Below are positions 36,807 through 46,542 of a stretch of DNA of 64,000 nt, piece after piece. Source of the DNA: Candidatus Entotheonellaceae bacterium (lineage in GTDB: Bacteria > Tectomicrobia > Entotheonellia > Entotheonellales > Entotheonellaceae); contig OZ250173.1 of NCBI GenBank assembly GCA_965238075.1, positions 1,632,001 to 1,696,000 on the forward strand, written 5' to 3'. Below the pieces are notes generated by a model. That model made no database searches and was not told the DNA's origin. It worked only from the letters and a program-made list of their open reading frames with translations. Each line of letters begins with the position of its first letter. Positions within the stretch are counted from its first letter, which is position 1. Both the position numbers and the translations under genes were made by a program.

Positions 36807-37259
36807 ATGCAGCCTTGCGAACCTTCACCGGACAGCAAAACGGTCGAGATTGCCCTTGCCCCGGACCTTTCCGCCCTTGCGGCGCTCGCGGGCATCATCC
36901 AGGAATTCGGGGCCGCCCACGCGTTGAGCGACGCGGTCCAGAGCCACCTGAACCTCATGCTGGACGAACTCATTACAAATAGCATAACCTATGGTTTACC
37001 TAAAGTTCCTGAACCCGAGCTTCGGTTGCGTCTCCTTGTTGACAAAGGCGCCGTGGTGGCTCAACTCGAGGATAACGCCGATGCGTTCAACCCTTTCGAG
37101 GAGGCCCCGGAGCCGGACCCGACCCTAGGGCTTGAAGAGCGGCCCATCGGAGGGCTCGGGGTTTTCCTGGTCAAGCAATTCGCCAACAGCACAGCCTACG
37201 AACGCGTCGATGGGCGCAATCGCATCACAGTGAGACATTTGATTGAAGGAGAAAGCTAG
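36807..37259 (+). CDS. RsbW-like anti-sigma factor Ser/Thr kinase
   Basis: LDELITNSITYG, FNP, ERPIGGLGVFLVK, N.I. Confidence 0.88.
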   Translation: MQPCEPSPDSKTVEIALAPDLSALAALAGIIQEFGAAHALSDAVQSHLNLMLDELITNSITYGLPKVPEPELRLRLLVDKGAVVAQLEDNADAFNPFEEAPEPDPTLGLEERPIGGLGVFLVKQFANSTAYERVDGRNRITVRHLIEGES

Positions 37260-37609
37260 TGGCGGACGAGAGCACACTGTCGATTCAAACCGAGCGCGTT
37301 GAAAAAGCCGTTGTCGTCTCTCCGCAGGGGCGGGTGGACGGAAGCAACGCGGCTGTCCTGGAAAGTGCCATCCGGGAGCAGCTTGAGGCGGGCGAAAAGG
37401 TCCTGGTCTTCAATTTCAAGGACCTGAACTACATCAGCAGCGCCGGCCTGCGGGTGTTCCTGATGACGGCTCGCCGCCTGCAGGGAGAAGGGGGGAAGAC
37501 GCTGTTTTTTGGGCTCAGCGACCCCATCGCCCACATCTTCGAGATTAGCGGTTTCAGTGCCATTCTCTCGATTTACGACAGTCGCGACGACACCCTAGCG
37601 GCGCTGTGA
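37259..37609 (+). CDS. STAS anti-anti-sigma factor
   Basis: GRVD, LNYISSAGLRV, FEISGF. Confidence 0.9.
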   Translation: MADESTLSIQTERVEKAVVVSPQGRVDGSNAAVLESAIREQLEAGEKVLVFNFKDLNYISSAGLRVFLMTARRLQGEGGKTLFFGLSDPIAHIFEISGFSAILSIYDSRDDTLAAL

Positions 37610-37637
37610 AGACGGCACTGGAAGGAGGACTTGGGCC

Positions 37638-38810
37638 TTGAGTAAATCACCCACCCGACTTCTCGTGGTAGATGACGAGGAAGATCTGGAACTACTTATC
37701 CGCCAGAGATTCCGTCGGCTCATTCGACAAGGCGAGATCGATTTCGTTTTCGCACACAACGGCAAGGAAGCCCTCGAAAAACTTGCCGAACACCCTGAAA
37801 TCCGCCTCGTGCTGTCGGATATCAACATGCCGGTCATGGACGGCCTCACGCTGTTGAGCCAACTCGAGGACATCTGCCCTGAAATACGTGCTGTCATCGT
37901 CTCTGCCTATGGCGACATGGAAAACATCCGCACTGCCATGAACCGGGGTGCGTTCGACTTCGTCACCAAACCCATCGACTTCAATGATCTCGAAATCACG
38001 ATCCGAAAGACCCTCAAACATATCGAAACGATGCAAAATGCGCTTGAATCGAGGGACCGGTTGGTTGCCATCACGCGCGAACTCGAAGTGGCAACCCAGG
38101 TTCAGATGTCAATCCTGCCGCACGATCGCTCACACAGCGAAACCCACGAAATCCAGGCCATGATGATCCCGGCCCGGGAAATCGGCGGGGACTTCTACAA
38201 CTATTTCAGCCTCGACGATGCGCTGATTGGATTGATCATCGCCGACGTCTCCGGCAAGGGTATTCCCGCTGCCCTGTTCACCATGGTGACGCAGACGCTC
38301 CTCAAGGGCGCGGTGAGAAATTTCGCGTCTCCCGCTCGTTGCCTGAGCGAAGTGAACGAGTTGCTGGCCGAGGACAACGAGTCCTGCGTGTTCGTCACCG
38401 TTTTCTATGGCATTCTCGACCTGCGAGACGGCAGCTTCCGCTATTGCAACGGCGGGCACAATCCGCCTCGCTTGGTCCGCGGCGATTCCGGGGTCGAAAT
38501 GCTTCCGACGACCGGGAACGTCGTGTTGGGCGTGTTTCCCGGTCACGGCTATGTCGATGGCGAAGTCCAGCTCAACCCTGGCGACACGCTCTTCCTCTAC
38601 ACCGACGGCATCAGCGAAGCCCAGAACGCCCGTAACGAGGAGTTCGGAGAAGAGCGCCTCGACGAGAAATTGACGAGTCTCAAGCAGGCGACCGCCCGCG
38701 ATGTCGTGAATGAGGTGGTCGATGCCGTGCATCTCTTTGTCGAAGACACGCCGCAATCGGACGATATTACCTGCATCGCGTTGCGCTTCAACGCCATACT
38801 TTCTGCTTAG
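37638..38810 (+). CDS. Response regulator receiver fused to SpoIIE/PP2C phosphatase (RsbU-like)
   Basis: LVVDDE, SDINMPVMDG, FDFVTKP; GGDFY, IADVSGKG, LYTDGISEA, DDIT. Confidence 0.92.
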   Translation: MSKSPTRLLVVDDEEDLELLIRQRFRRLIRQGEIDFVFAHNGKEALEKLAEHPEIRLVLSDINMPVMDGLTLLSQLEDICPEIRAVIVSAYGDMENIRTAMNRGAFDFVTKPIDFNDLEITIRKTLKHIETMQNALESRDRLVAITRELEVATQVQMSILPHDRSHSETHEIQAMMIPAREIGGDFYNYFSLDDALIGLIIADVSGKGIPAALFTMVTQTLLKGAVRNFASPARCLSEVNELLAEDNESCVFVTVFYGILDLRDGSFRYCNGGHNPPRLVRGDSGVEMLPTTGNVVLGVFPGHGYVDGEVQLNPGDTLFLYTDGISEAQNARNEEFGEERLDEKLTSLKQATARDVVNEVVDAVHLFVEDTPQSDDITCIALRFNAILSA

Positions 38811-38854
38811 CCGCTATCGGACAATCCTACCTAACTCAGTGAGGAAACAAGGAA

Positions 38855-40039
38855 GTGTGGAAGGCGGGTTACAATCCGTGCCTTGTTTCTCGGGTGCTCT
38901 TGTTCCTTGTGGTCCTGGCCGGCACAGCGCCAGATGACAGCTTGGCGAAGATGCTTTCCGCCAAACAGATCGTCTTCGGCCAATCCGCCGCCCTGACAGG
39001 ACCGGCGCGCCTATTGGGCCAAGGCATGCGTCTCGGCCTGTTTTCGGCCTTCAGGGAGGCTAACCGAACGGGTGGCGTGCACAATTATCGCCTCATCCTC
39101 GAATCCCTCGACGATGCCTATGAGCCCGAGGCGGCAATCACCAACGCCCGCGAGTTCATTGACCAGCGCAACGTTTTTGCGCTGATCGGCGCTGTGGGTA
39201 CCCCCGCGTCCGCGGCGGCCCAGCCTATCGCCACCGAGCGCGGTGTTCCCTACATCGCGCCCCTCACCGGGGCCGAGTTCCTGCGCGTCGCGCAGTTGCG
39301 CTCCAACGTCGTCAACGTGCGGGCGTCGTACTACCAGGAAACGGAAGAGATGGTGGTTCGCCTCACTGAGGACTTGGGCGTCCAGCGCCTCGGTGTCCTC
39401 TACCAAAACGATTCTTTCGGACGCGCCGGACTCAGCGGATTGCGCCGCGCCGTCGCCCGCCACGGGCTTTCACTTGTCGGCGAGGCGGACTATCCACGCA
39501 ACACCGAGGCGATCAAAATCGCCCTGCTCGACCTGCGGCGCTCCCGTCCCGAGGCCATTGTCATCATCGGCACCTACAAGCCTGCGGCCGCTCTGATCCG
39601 CTGGTCGCGGCGGCTCAACTTCAATCCCTACTTCGTCAACATTTCCGTCGTGGGGAGTTCCGCCCTTGCCAAGGAACTCGGTGCCGATGGCGCCGGGGTG
39701 TACATTACCCAGGTCGTACCTTTCCCCCTGGACAGCAGCATCCCGGTGGTCGATCAGTATCGGCACGCCCTGGCTATGGTGGACCCTGAGAGCGAGCCGG
39801 ACTTTGTGTCGCTGGAAGGCTACCTCGCCGGCCGACTGGTGCTGGAGGGTCTGCGTCTGGCCGGTCCGAGACCGACCCGACAGGGCTTTTTGCAAGCCCT
39901 GCAGGCGGCTGAAACCATTGACCTTGGCGGTTTCCTGCTGCGATACGGTGATGCTGACAATCAGGGTTCCGACCGTGTCTACCTGACGGTCATTGACGAG
40001 CAGGGACATGTCCAGCCCGTCTCCAGAATGGTGCCGTGA
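38855..40039 (+). CDS. Periplasmic ligand-binding protein (LivJ-like)
   Basis: Signal peptide, GQSAALTGP, LDDAYEP, VGTP, NVRASYYQE, YQNDSFG, EGYLAG. Confidence 0.88.
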   Translation: MWKAGYNPCLVSRVLLFLVVLAGTAPDDSLAKMLSAKQIVFGQSAALTGPARLLGQGMRLGLFSAFREANRTGGVHNYRLILESLDDAYEPEAAITNAREFIDQRNVFALIGAVGTPASAAAQPIATERGVPYIAPLTGAEFLRVAQLRSNVVNVRASYYQETEEMVVRLTEDLGVQRLGVLYQNDSFGRAGLSGLRRAVARHGLSLVGEADYPRNTEAIKIALLDLRRSRPEAIVIIGTYKPAAALIRWSRRLNFNPYFVNISVVGSSALAKELGADGAGVYITQVVPFPLDSSIPVVDQYRHALAMVDPESEPDFVSLEGYLAGRLVLEGLRLAGPRPTRQGFLQALQAAETIDLGGFLLRYGDADNQGSDRVYLTVIDEQGHVQPVSRMVP

Positions 40040-42356
40040 TGAATAACCATCCCGCCCCTGATCCTGTCGGAACGCTCACCCCGCAATCTTCTGCGGCCAC
40101 GAATGGAGCGAAGCCGAACAGACGCAGTTGGCTGCACCTCAGGATTGGGCAGCAGTTCTTTTTGTGCCTTCTGGTCAGCGTTCTCCTGACGTTGAGCGCC
40201 AGCCTTGTGGCTTACTATTCCTTCCATGAGATCCTCCAACACGGCTCCCGACTTGCGGAATCCGGCATCCCCAATCTGAGCAGTGCCGTGGGTGTAACGC
40301 GCCAAAGCGGCATTGTGGTCAACGGAGCGCTCCATCTCATCGCGGCGGCGTCTCTGGAGGAGCACCGGACGGTGACCGAAGAGCTGGCCGAGGAGCGGTC
40401 CCTGCTTGGCGACCTGATCTATGAGCTTGAATCCCGTGCGTACGAGCTCGAAACCCGCGAGTTTGAATCCCGTTCCATCTCCATCCTCGGCGGGCAGACT
40501 CGGATGGACGATAGCGTGCACCTCGCCGATATCGGGCTGCACCTTGCCGATATCGAGGGGCAGCTTGCCGATATTGATCTCTACCTGGGAGAGATACAGG
40601 AATCGGCCGCCCAGCGTCTTGCCATCGCCAGCGCCCTGGAACGGCTCAAGGAAGAACTCGCCGAGACGAATCGACTCATTGAGCGCCACCTCGTTGTCGC
40701 CACCGACGACCAGGGCTTTTATCTGGTAGAAGGGTTACGCCGCTTGGAAGACCAGCCAAGCCCGATTGAGGAGCGGGCCTCCGAAGCCGAGCTTGCGTAT
40801 TACCAAGACTTGGTGACCGTGAATCACCAGGCCAATCTCGCGGCGCTGCTGCTGGGGGACGCGTTGTTTCTTTCCGACCCAGCCATCTGCCGATCCTGCA
40901 GGGTCGTTTCCGCAGCGCCGTGCAGAACTTTCAACGGGCCTATGCGAGGCTGTCGGCCCGGGTGCCGGACAGCGTCCTCGGTGAAAATCTGAAGCGCCTG
41001 GCGCAATTGGGAGAATCCGGCGAGGGAATCATCACGCTGCGTCGGGAAGTCCTGCGTCGGCTCGAACAGGAGCAGGAAGCGCTCGCGAGAGGGCGCGAGG
41101 CCTCCGTCTTGCTTCTCGCCGCGGTGAACAGCCTGGTGACGGATGTTAACGACGAGGCCGTGAGTGTAAGCAACGCCTCGCAAGCCGCTGTTCGGACCGG
41201 GCGGCTGCTCCTCACCCTGGTCAACATTCTGAGCATCTCTGCTGCTCTCCTCATCGGCTGGTTGTTCGTGGGACGTTACCTGATCCGTCGCCTCGTCGGG
41301 CTCGCAACGGCGATGCGCTCCATGGCGGGTGGCGACCTGGAGGTGCCTGTCGAGGTGCGGGGCCATGATGAGGTGGCCGACATGGCCAACGCCCTGGAGG
41401 TGTTCCGGCGCCACGCCCTTGAAGTGCAGCGGCTGAATCTGGTCGAGAAGCTGGCCCACGAGTTGGACGCGAAGAACCGCACGCTGGAAGAGGCGCTGGA
41501 AAATCTCCAGAAGATGCAGGAGCAGATGGTCGCTGAGCAAAAGCTCGCATCGCTCGGTCAACTCGCGGCCGGCGTCGCCCATGAAATCAAGAACCCGCTC
41601 AACTTTGTAATCAACTTTTCCGATGTCTCCGTCGAGCTGATTGATGAGATTGGCGAGGTGATGACGGAAATCAAGGACCGGGAGGAAGGCGATCTTGCCA
41701 GCGAGATCGAGCCCATTCTTTCGGACCTCCGGCTGAATCTTCAGAAGGTCAAGGAACATGGCGAACACGCCGATGGCATCGTACGCAGCATGCTCGAACA
41801 TTCCCGCTCCGCGCCGGGGGACTGGCGAGAGACGGACTTGAATGCCTTGTTGAAGCAATACGTTGATCTCGCCTATCACTCGATGCGTGCCCATGGCCAG
41901 GGGTTCAACGCGACGCTCAGCCAGGACCTCGACCCGGAAATCGGCATGGTTGAAGTGGTCCCCCAGGAGATCAGCCGGGCATTCCTCAACCTCATCACAA
42001 ACGCCTACCAGGCCCTTGATGAAAAACGCCGCACGTCGAACGACCCGGACTATGAGCCGGAATTGCGTGTCACCACCCGCCGATTGGAGGAGCAAGCGGA
42101 GATCTGCATTCGCGACAACGGCCCCGGCATTTCACAGGCGCTGCGCGAACGGATTTTCGAGCCCTTCGTCACCACAAAGGCCCCAGGTGAAGGAACGGGG
42201 CTCGGCCTTTCGCTCACCATGGACATCCTCACCCGCCACGGAGGCACCATCCACCTCGACACCGAGGAGGGCGCCTTCACCGAGATGCGAATCGTCCTTC
42301 CTCTCAAGCGCCCTCTGGAAGCAGCCGAAGCAGTAACCCAGGGGGAAGAGAAGTGA
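40036..42356 (+). pseudogene. Sensor histidine kinase (TorS-like helical periplasmic domain, HAMP, HisKA, HATPase), frameshift at about 40878
   Basis: TM1 near 40150 and TM2 near 41210; HAMP GDL...DEVADMA; AGVAHEIKNPLN; DNGPG; GTGLGL. One extra C in GACCC would restore a continuous frame. Confidence 0.8.
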
Positions 42357-42433
42357 CTTTTTCCTCAGGCTCAGGACTCATAACCAGAAGATGACTGCGG
42401 CGGCGATGCAGATGGCACTGTAGAAGGTTAAGA

Positions 42434-42600
42434 GGTTCCTCACACGAATGTATGCACGGTCTGAGGTAGAGGCAGGTTGCCCAGACAGTGGTAGAGATTA
42501 CGGATGTAGTTCTTGGCGGTGCGGAATCCGTACGCCTTGTGAATGACGAGCTTCGCCTTGTTGTTGAGCCCTTCGACCGTACCGTTGTCGATCTGCACGC
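42434..42600 (-). mobile_element. ISL3-family transposase 3' remnant with right end
   Basis: NGTVEGLNNKAKLVIHKAYGFRT, followed by terminal GTGAGGAACC. Confidence 0.8.
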
Positions 42601-42701
42601 CATGAAAAAGGCCACTGAACAAGCCGCTTCAGCCAAGTTGCGCTCTTGATAACTCAGATGCCATTGCGCCTATCCAGGTTGCTAACGAGGCACCGCTGGC
42701 A

Positions 42702-43346
42702 TTGAACGCACCAAACCGGACGGGCACGATTAAAGCCAGACGCTATGAACCGGGGATGCCGGACACGCCAGCCACGTTGCAGCGTTGCTTTGATACCGCA
42801 CGCACGCCTGCGGTTGCCGTGCAGGGTGACCTCGCCTTACTTGACGGCGTCCTGACCGGCTTCTTCTGCTCGGTGCGTTGTCCGGGCGACATCATTCTGA
42901 AGACCTACGACCTCGCCAAGACCCTTCGGGGAGTGGAGATAACGCTCATCGGCGGGTTTCAGTCCCCGATGGAGAAGGAGTTTCTGGACGTGCTGCTATG
43001 GGGGCGGGTCCGCCTTGCTATCTGTCCGGCGCGGGGCCTCGGCAATATGCGCGTTCCGAAAAACTGGCGTGCTCCTTTGGCGGATGGGCGTTTGCTGCTC
43101 CTCTCCTTTGTCGACGACAACATTCGTCGTCCGACCGCGGCTATCGTGGCTAGACGAAACCCTTATGTTGCTGCCGTTTCCAACCGCATCCTCGCGGCCC
43201 ACGCCCAACAAAACAGCAAGACTGAGGCATTGTGCAAGTATGCCCTGACAAGCCGCAAGCTGGTTCTCACCCTGGACTCGCCGCACAATGCCCATCTCAT
43301 GGCGCTCGGCGCTTCGCGCTTTTCGGCGGGCAGCCTGCCTCTCTGA
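42702..43346 (+). CDS. DprA-like (SLOG superfamily) protein
   Basis: GDLALL...GFFCSVRCPG, IGGFQSPMEK, ICPARG, LLLS, RRN..VAA. Confidence 0.7.
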   Translation: MNAPNRTGTIKARRYEPGMPDTPATLQRCFDTARTPAVAVQGDLALLDGVLTGFFCSVRCPGDIILKTYDLAKTLRGVEITLIGGFQSPMEKEFLDVLLWGRVRLAICPARGLGNMRVPKNWRAPLADGRLLLLSFVDDNIRRPTAAIVARRNPYVAAVSNRILAAHAQQNSKTEALCKYALTSRKLVLTLDSPHNAHLMALGASRFSAGSLPL

Positions 43347-43378
43347 ACGTGCAGACATGATCCCACGTACGAATTGGA

Positions 43379-43393
43379 TATGGGTTTACCATA
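43379..43393. promoter_or_regulatory. Inverted repeat, putative antitoxin operator
   Basis: TATGG-GTTTA-CCATA, 26 bp before the antitoxin ATG. Confidence 0.45.
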
Positions 43394-43419
43394 CAGGACA
43401 GGATTGCTAGCATGGCGCC

Positions 43420-43689
43420 ATGAAAACAACCATCGACATCCATGACGAGCTACTTGGACGTGCGAAACAACACGCCCAGGACACAGGCCAACCGCTTCAT
43501 GCCGTGATAGAGGAGGGGCTTCGTCAGGTCCTCGCCGGCGCATTGTCCCGTCGTCCTTACAAGCTTCCCGATTTACGGGTTGGCAATCCCGCAGCGTACG
43601 ATCCGCTGGAGTGGTTCCCCTGGCCCGAATTGCGCGAAGCGATATACAAGGACACGACCGGCATAGTCAATTCCAGGATACGAACATAG
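43420..43689 (+). CDS. VapB-like RHH antitoxin (orphan)
   Basis: MKTTIDIHDELL.RAK..A...G..L..VIEEGLR. Confidence 0.75.
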   Translation: MKTTIDIHDELLGRAKQHAQDTGQPLHAVIEEGLRQVLAGALSRRPYKLPDLRVGNPAAYDPLEWFPWPELREAIYKDTTGIVNSRIRT

Positions 43690-43710
43690 CGGGTGAACAG
43701 CGGAGGAGCC

Positions 43711-45621
43711 ATGTCAGACAGCCAGCAGAAACGATCGATGCAGTACGGCCTGTGGCCAAGCCCTGTTGCGCCGCAGAGTCTGGCGGAAGGGTTGCGGCTG
43801 TCGGATGTGGCGTGGGACAGCGACGGGGAGACCGTGGTGTGGCTGGAAGGGCGCTCGGACCGCGGGGTGCTGGTGTGCTTGCCGGCGGGAGAGGATGCGC
43901 CGCGGGATTTGACGACGACGCTGTCGGTGCGGGCGCGGGTCGGCTACGGGGGCGCGGATTTTGGCGTAGCGAGTGGCTGGGTCTATTTCAGTGAAGCCGG
44001 TGGACGGCTGTACCGGCAAGCCCTGGCCGGCGGACCTACCGAGCCGTTGACGCCAGCATTCGGTTACGCCGCGGCGCCCGCAGTGTCGCCGGACCGGCGC
44101 TGGATGGTCTTCGTGCATACGTATGAGGACGTGGATTGTCTGGCGATTGTGGATACCGGCGGGCAGGCATGGCCGCAGAAATTGGCGACCGGCGCGGATT
44201 TCTACATGCAGCCGTGCTGGCACCCGCAGGGAGACCGAATCGCCTGGGTGGAGTGGAACCATCCGCGGATGCCGTGGGACGGCTCGCTGCTGAAGATGGG
44301 CACGGTGCAATCCGGCAGCGACGGCGTTCCCCGTCTGGCTGACGTGCGAACACTGGCCGGGGACGAAACGACGGCTGTCTTTCAACCCACGTTTTCGCCG
44401 GATGGCCGCAATCTGGCCTATGTGTCCAATGCGACGGGCTGGAGCAATCTCTACCTGTACGACCTGCAGGATGACCGTCACCGCATGCTGACAGCCGATG
44501 GCGCCGACGTGGGGCAACCGGCCTGGCAACAGGGCACCCGCACGTACGGCTTTGCGCCCGACAGCAGCGCCCTGTACTACGTGCGCAACGAGGCGGGCTT
44601 CCGGCGGCTTTGGCGCTACGACCTGCAACGCGACACGGCTGCCGACCATCATGCCGGCCTGGAGACCTACACGTATCTCGAACAACCGGCCTTGTCTCCG
44701 ACCCGAGATATGCTGGCGTGTATCGCCTCGTCCAGTACGCTACCGGCGCGGATCATTACCCTGCCCCTCGACAATCCCCAAGCCGCCCGCGTACGCAAAC
44801 GCAGTGCCTCGGAAAGCGTGCCTGAACAGGAATTCTCGCGACCACAGGCGGTGTCGTGGCCGACGACCGGCGGCACAACGGTTCACGGCCTCTTCTACCC
44901 GCCGAGCAGCACCCGCTTTCAGGGCATCGGCCTGCCACCCGCGATTGTCTCTATTCACGGCGGCCCCACCTCGCAAGCCGTGGCAAGCTTTCACCCGGCA
45001 ACGCAGTTTTTCACCACGCGGGGCTATGCCGTGCTACAGGTCAATTACCGCGGCAGCACGGGCTATGGCCGGGATTACACCGACGCGCTGCGCGGCACCT
45101 GGGGCGTTTACGACATCGAAGACGCGGTTAGCGGGGCAGGCTATCTCGTCGAGCAGGGATGGGTGGACGACGGCAAGCTGGTCATCATGGGCAGCAGCGC
45201 CGGGGGTTATACGGTTTTGCAGGCGTTGGTGAGCCGTGCCGGTTTCTTCAAAGCCGGCATCAGCATGTACGGCATCTCAGACCTGTTTGCCCTGGCGGCC
45301 ACCACCCATAAATTCGAGGCGTATTACCTCGACCAGTTGATCGGCCCGCTGCCGCAAGCAGCCAGCCTGTACCGCGAACGCTCGCCCTTGTTCGCCACCG
45401 ACGCCATTTGTGACCCCGTGGCGGTGTTTCAGGGCGAGATCGACCAAGTGGTGCCCAAGGCGCAAGCCGACGCCATCGTCGCCTCCCTGGTGAGCCGCGG
45501 CGTGCCGCACGTTTACCATGTCTACGCCGGCGAGGGGCACGGCTGGCGCAAGACCGAGACCATCGCGCATTTCTACGGGGCGGTGGATGCCTTTCTCCGC
45601 CAGCACGTTCTGTTCACATGA
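43711..45621 (+). CDS. S9-family peptidase (acylaminoacyl/dipeptidyl peptidase-like)
   Basis: YGLWPSP, WNHPRMPWD, HGGPT, NYRGSTGYG, GSSAGG, THKFE, QGEIDQVVP, EGHGW. Confidence 0.92.
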   Translation: MSDSQQKRSMQYGLWPSPVAPQSLAEGLRLSDVAWDSDGETVVWLEGRSDRGVLVCLPAGEDAPRDLTTTLSVRARVGYGGADFGVASGWVYFSEAGGRLYRQALAGGPTEPLTPAFGYAAAPAVSPDRRWMVFVHTYEDVDCLAIVDTGGQAWPQKLATGADFYMQPCWHPQGDRIAWVEWNHPRMPWDGSLLKMGTVQSGSDGVPRLADVRTLAGDETTAVFQPTFSPDGRNLAYVSNATGWSNLYLYDLQDDRHRMLTADGADVGQPAWQQGTRTYGFAPDSSALYYVRNEAGFRRLWRYDLQRDTAADHHAGLETYTYLEQPALSPTRDMLACIASSSTLPARIITLPLDNPQAARVRKRSASESVPEQEFSRPQAVSWPTTGGTTVHGLFYPPSSTRFQGIGLPPAIVSIHGGPTSQAVASFHPATQFFTTRGYAVLQVNYRGSTGYGRDYTDALRGTWGVYDIEDAVSGAGYLVEQGWVDDGKLVIMGSSAGGYTVLQALVSRAGFFKAGISMYGISDLFALAATTHKFEAYYLDQLIGPLPQAASLYRERSPLFATDAICDPVAVFQGEIDQVVPKAQADAIVASLVSRGVPHVYHVYAGEGHGWRKTETIAHFYGAVDAFLRQHVLFT

Positions 45622-45691
45622 GTCGCAGCGCGGCCGGGAACTCCCCCTTATGCACGGCAACATCCATCATTCCCAAGAAGATTCGGTAACC

Positions 45692-46459
45692 ATGCCCCTG
45701 CAGGGCAAACGCATCTTGGTGACGCGGGCGCAGGCGCAGGCGCACGATCTTGAAGCGCGCCTCCAGGCATTGGGGGCGGTGCCGCTGGCGTTTCCAACCA
45801 TTCACATCATCCCACCGAAAGACGGCTATGCGGCGTTGGACGCAGCCCTGCGCGAGTTGGCGACATTCGACTGGGTGGTGTTCACCAGCGTCAACGGCGT
45901 CGACCACGTCTGGAAGCGCCTGGCCGTGCTTGGGTTGGACGGTCGCGTTTTCACACGTCTGCAGCTGGCCGCCATCGGTCCTGCAACCGCTGCCGAACTG
46001 GCCGCACGAGATTTGAAAAGCGTTGTGGTGCCAAAGCGGTTCGTTGCTGAGGCACTGCTGGAAGTGATTCCAAAACCGGCCGGCAAGCGCTTCTTGCTGC
46101 CGCGCGCGGCCCTGGCCCGAGAAACGCTGCGCACCGGCTTGCAACACGCCGGCGCCCAGGTGGTCGAGGTGCCCGCGTACGATACCGTCCTGCCCGAACC
46201 TTCCTCCGAAACCCTCGCCGAAATTGAGGCCGGCGTCGACGTTCTCACCTTCACGGCGAGTAGTACGGTACGCAACTTCGTTGCCCAACTGGGCCAAGCC
46301 CGCGCCCGTTCGCTGGCAGATCGGGCACAGGTTGCCGTCATCGGCCCGATAACGGCTGAGACCGCCCGCAATTTGGGGCTACGCGTCGATGTGGTGGCTT
46401 CCGAATACACGATTGGCGGCTTGGTCGCGGCACTAGTCGACGCTTACGGGCCGCGTTAG
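45692..46459 (+). CDS. hemD: Uroporphyrinogen-III synthase
   Basis: ILVTRA, FTSVNGV, AIGPATA, AYDT, FTASSTV, IGPITA. Confidence 0.92.
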   Translation: MPLQGKRILVTRAQAQAHDLEARLQALGAVPLAFPTIHIIPPKDGYAALDAALRELATFDWVVFTSVNGVDHVWKRLAVLGLDGRVFTRLQLAAIGPATAAELAARDLKSVVVPKRFVAEALLEVIPKPAGKRFLLPRAALARETLRTGLQHAGAQVVEVPAYDTVLPEPSSETLAEIEAGVDVLTFTASSTVRNFVAQLGQARARSLADRAQVAVIGPITAETARNLGLRVDVVASEYTIGGLVAALVDAYGPR

Positions 46460-46542
46460 GAACGGCTGTGGTGGGCGAAGCGGCCCTCGCATGAGAACCG
46501 CTTCTGGAAGGGGATGAATGGGTGCCGGTCGTCAGGCCCGCC

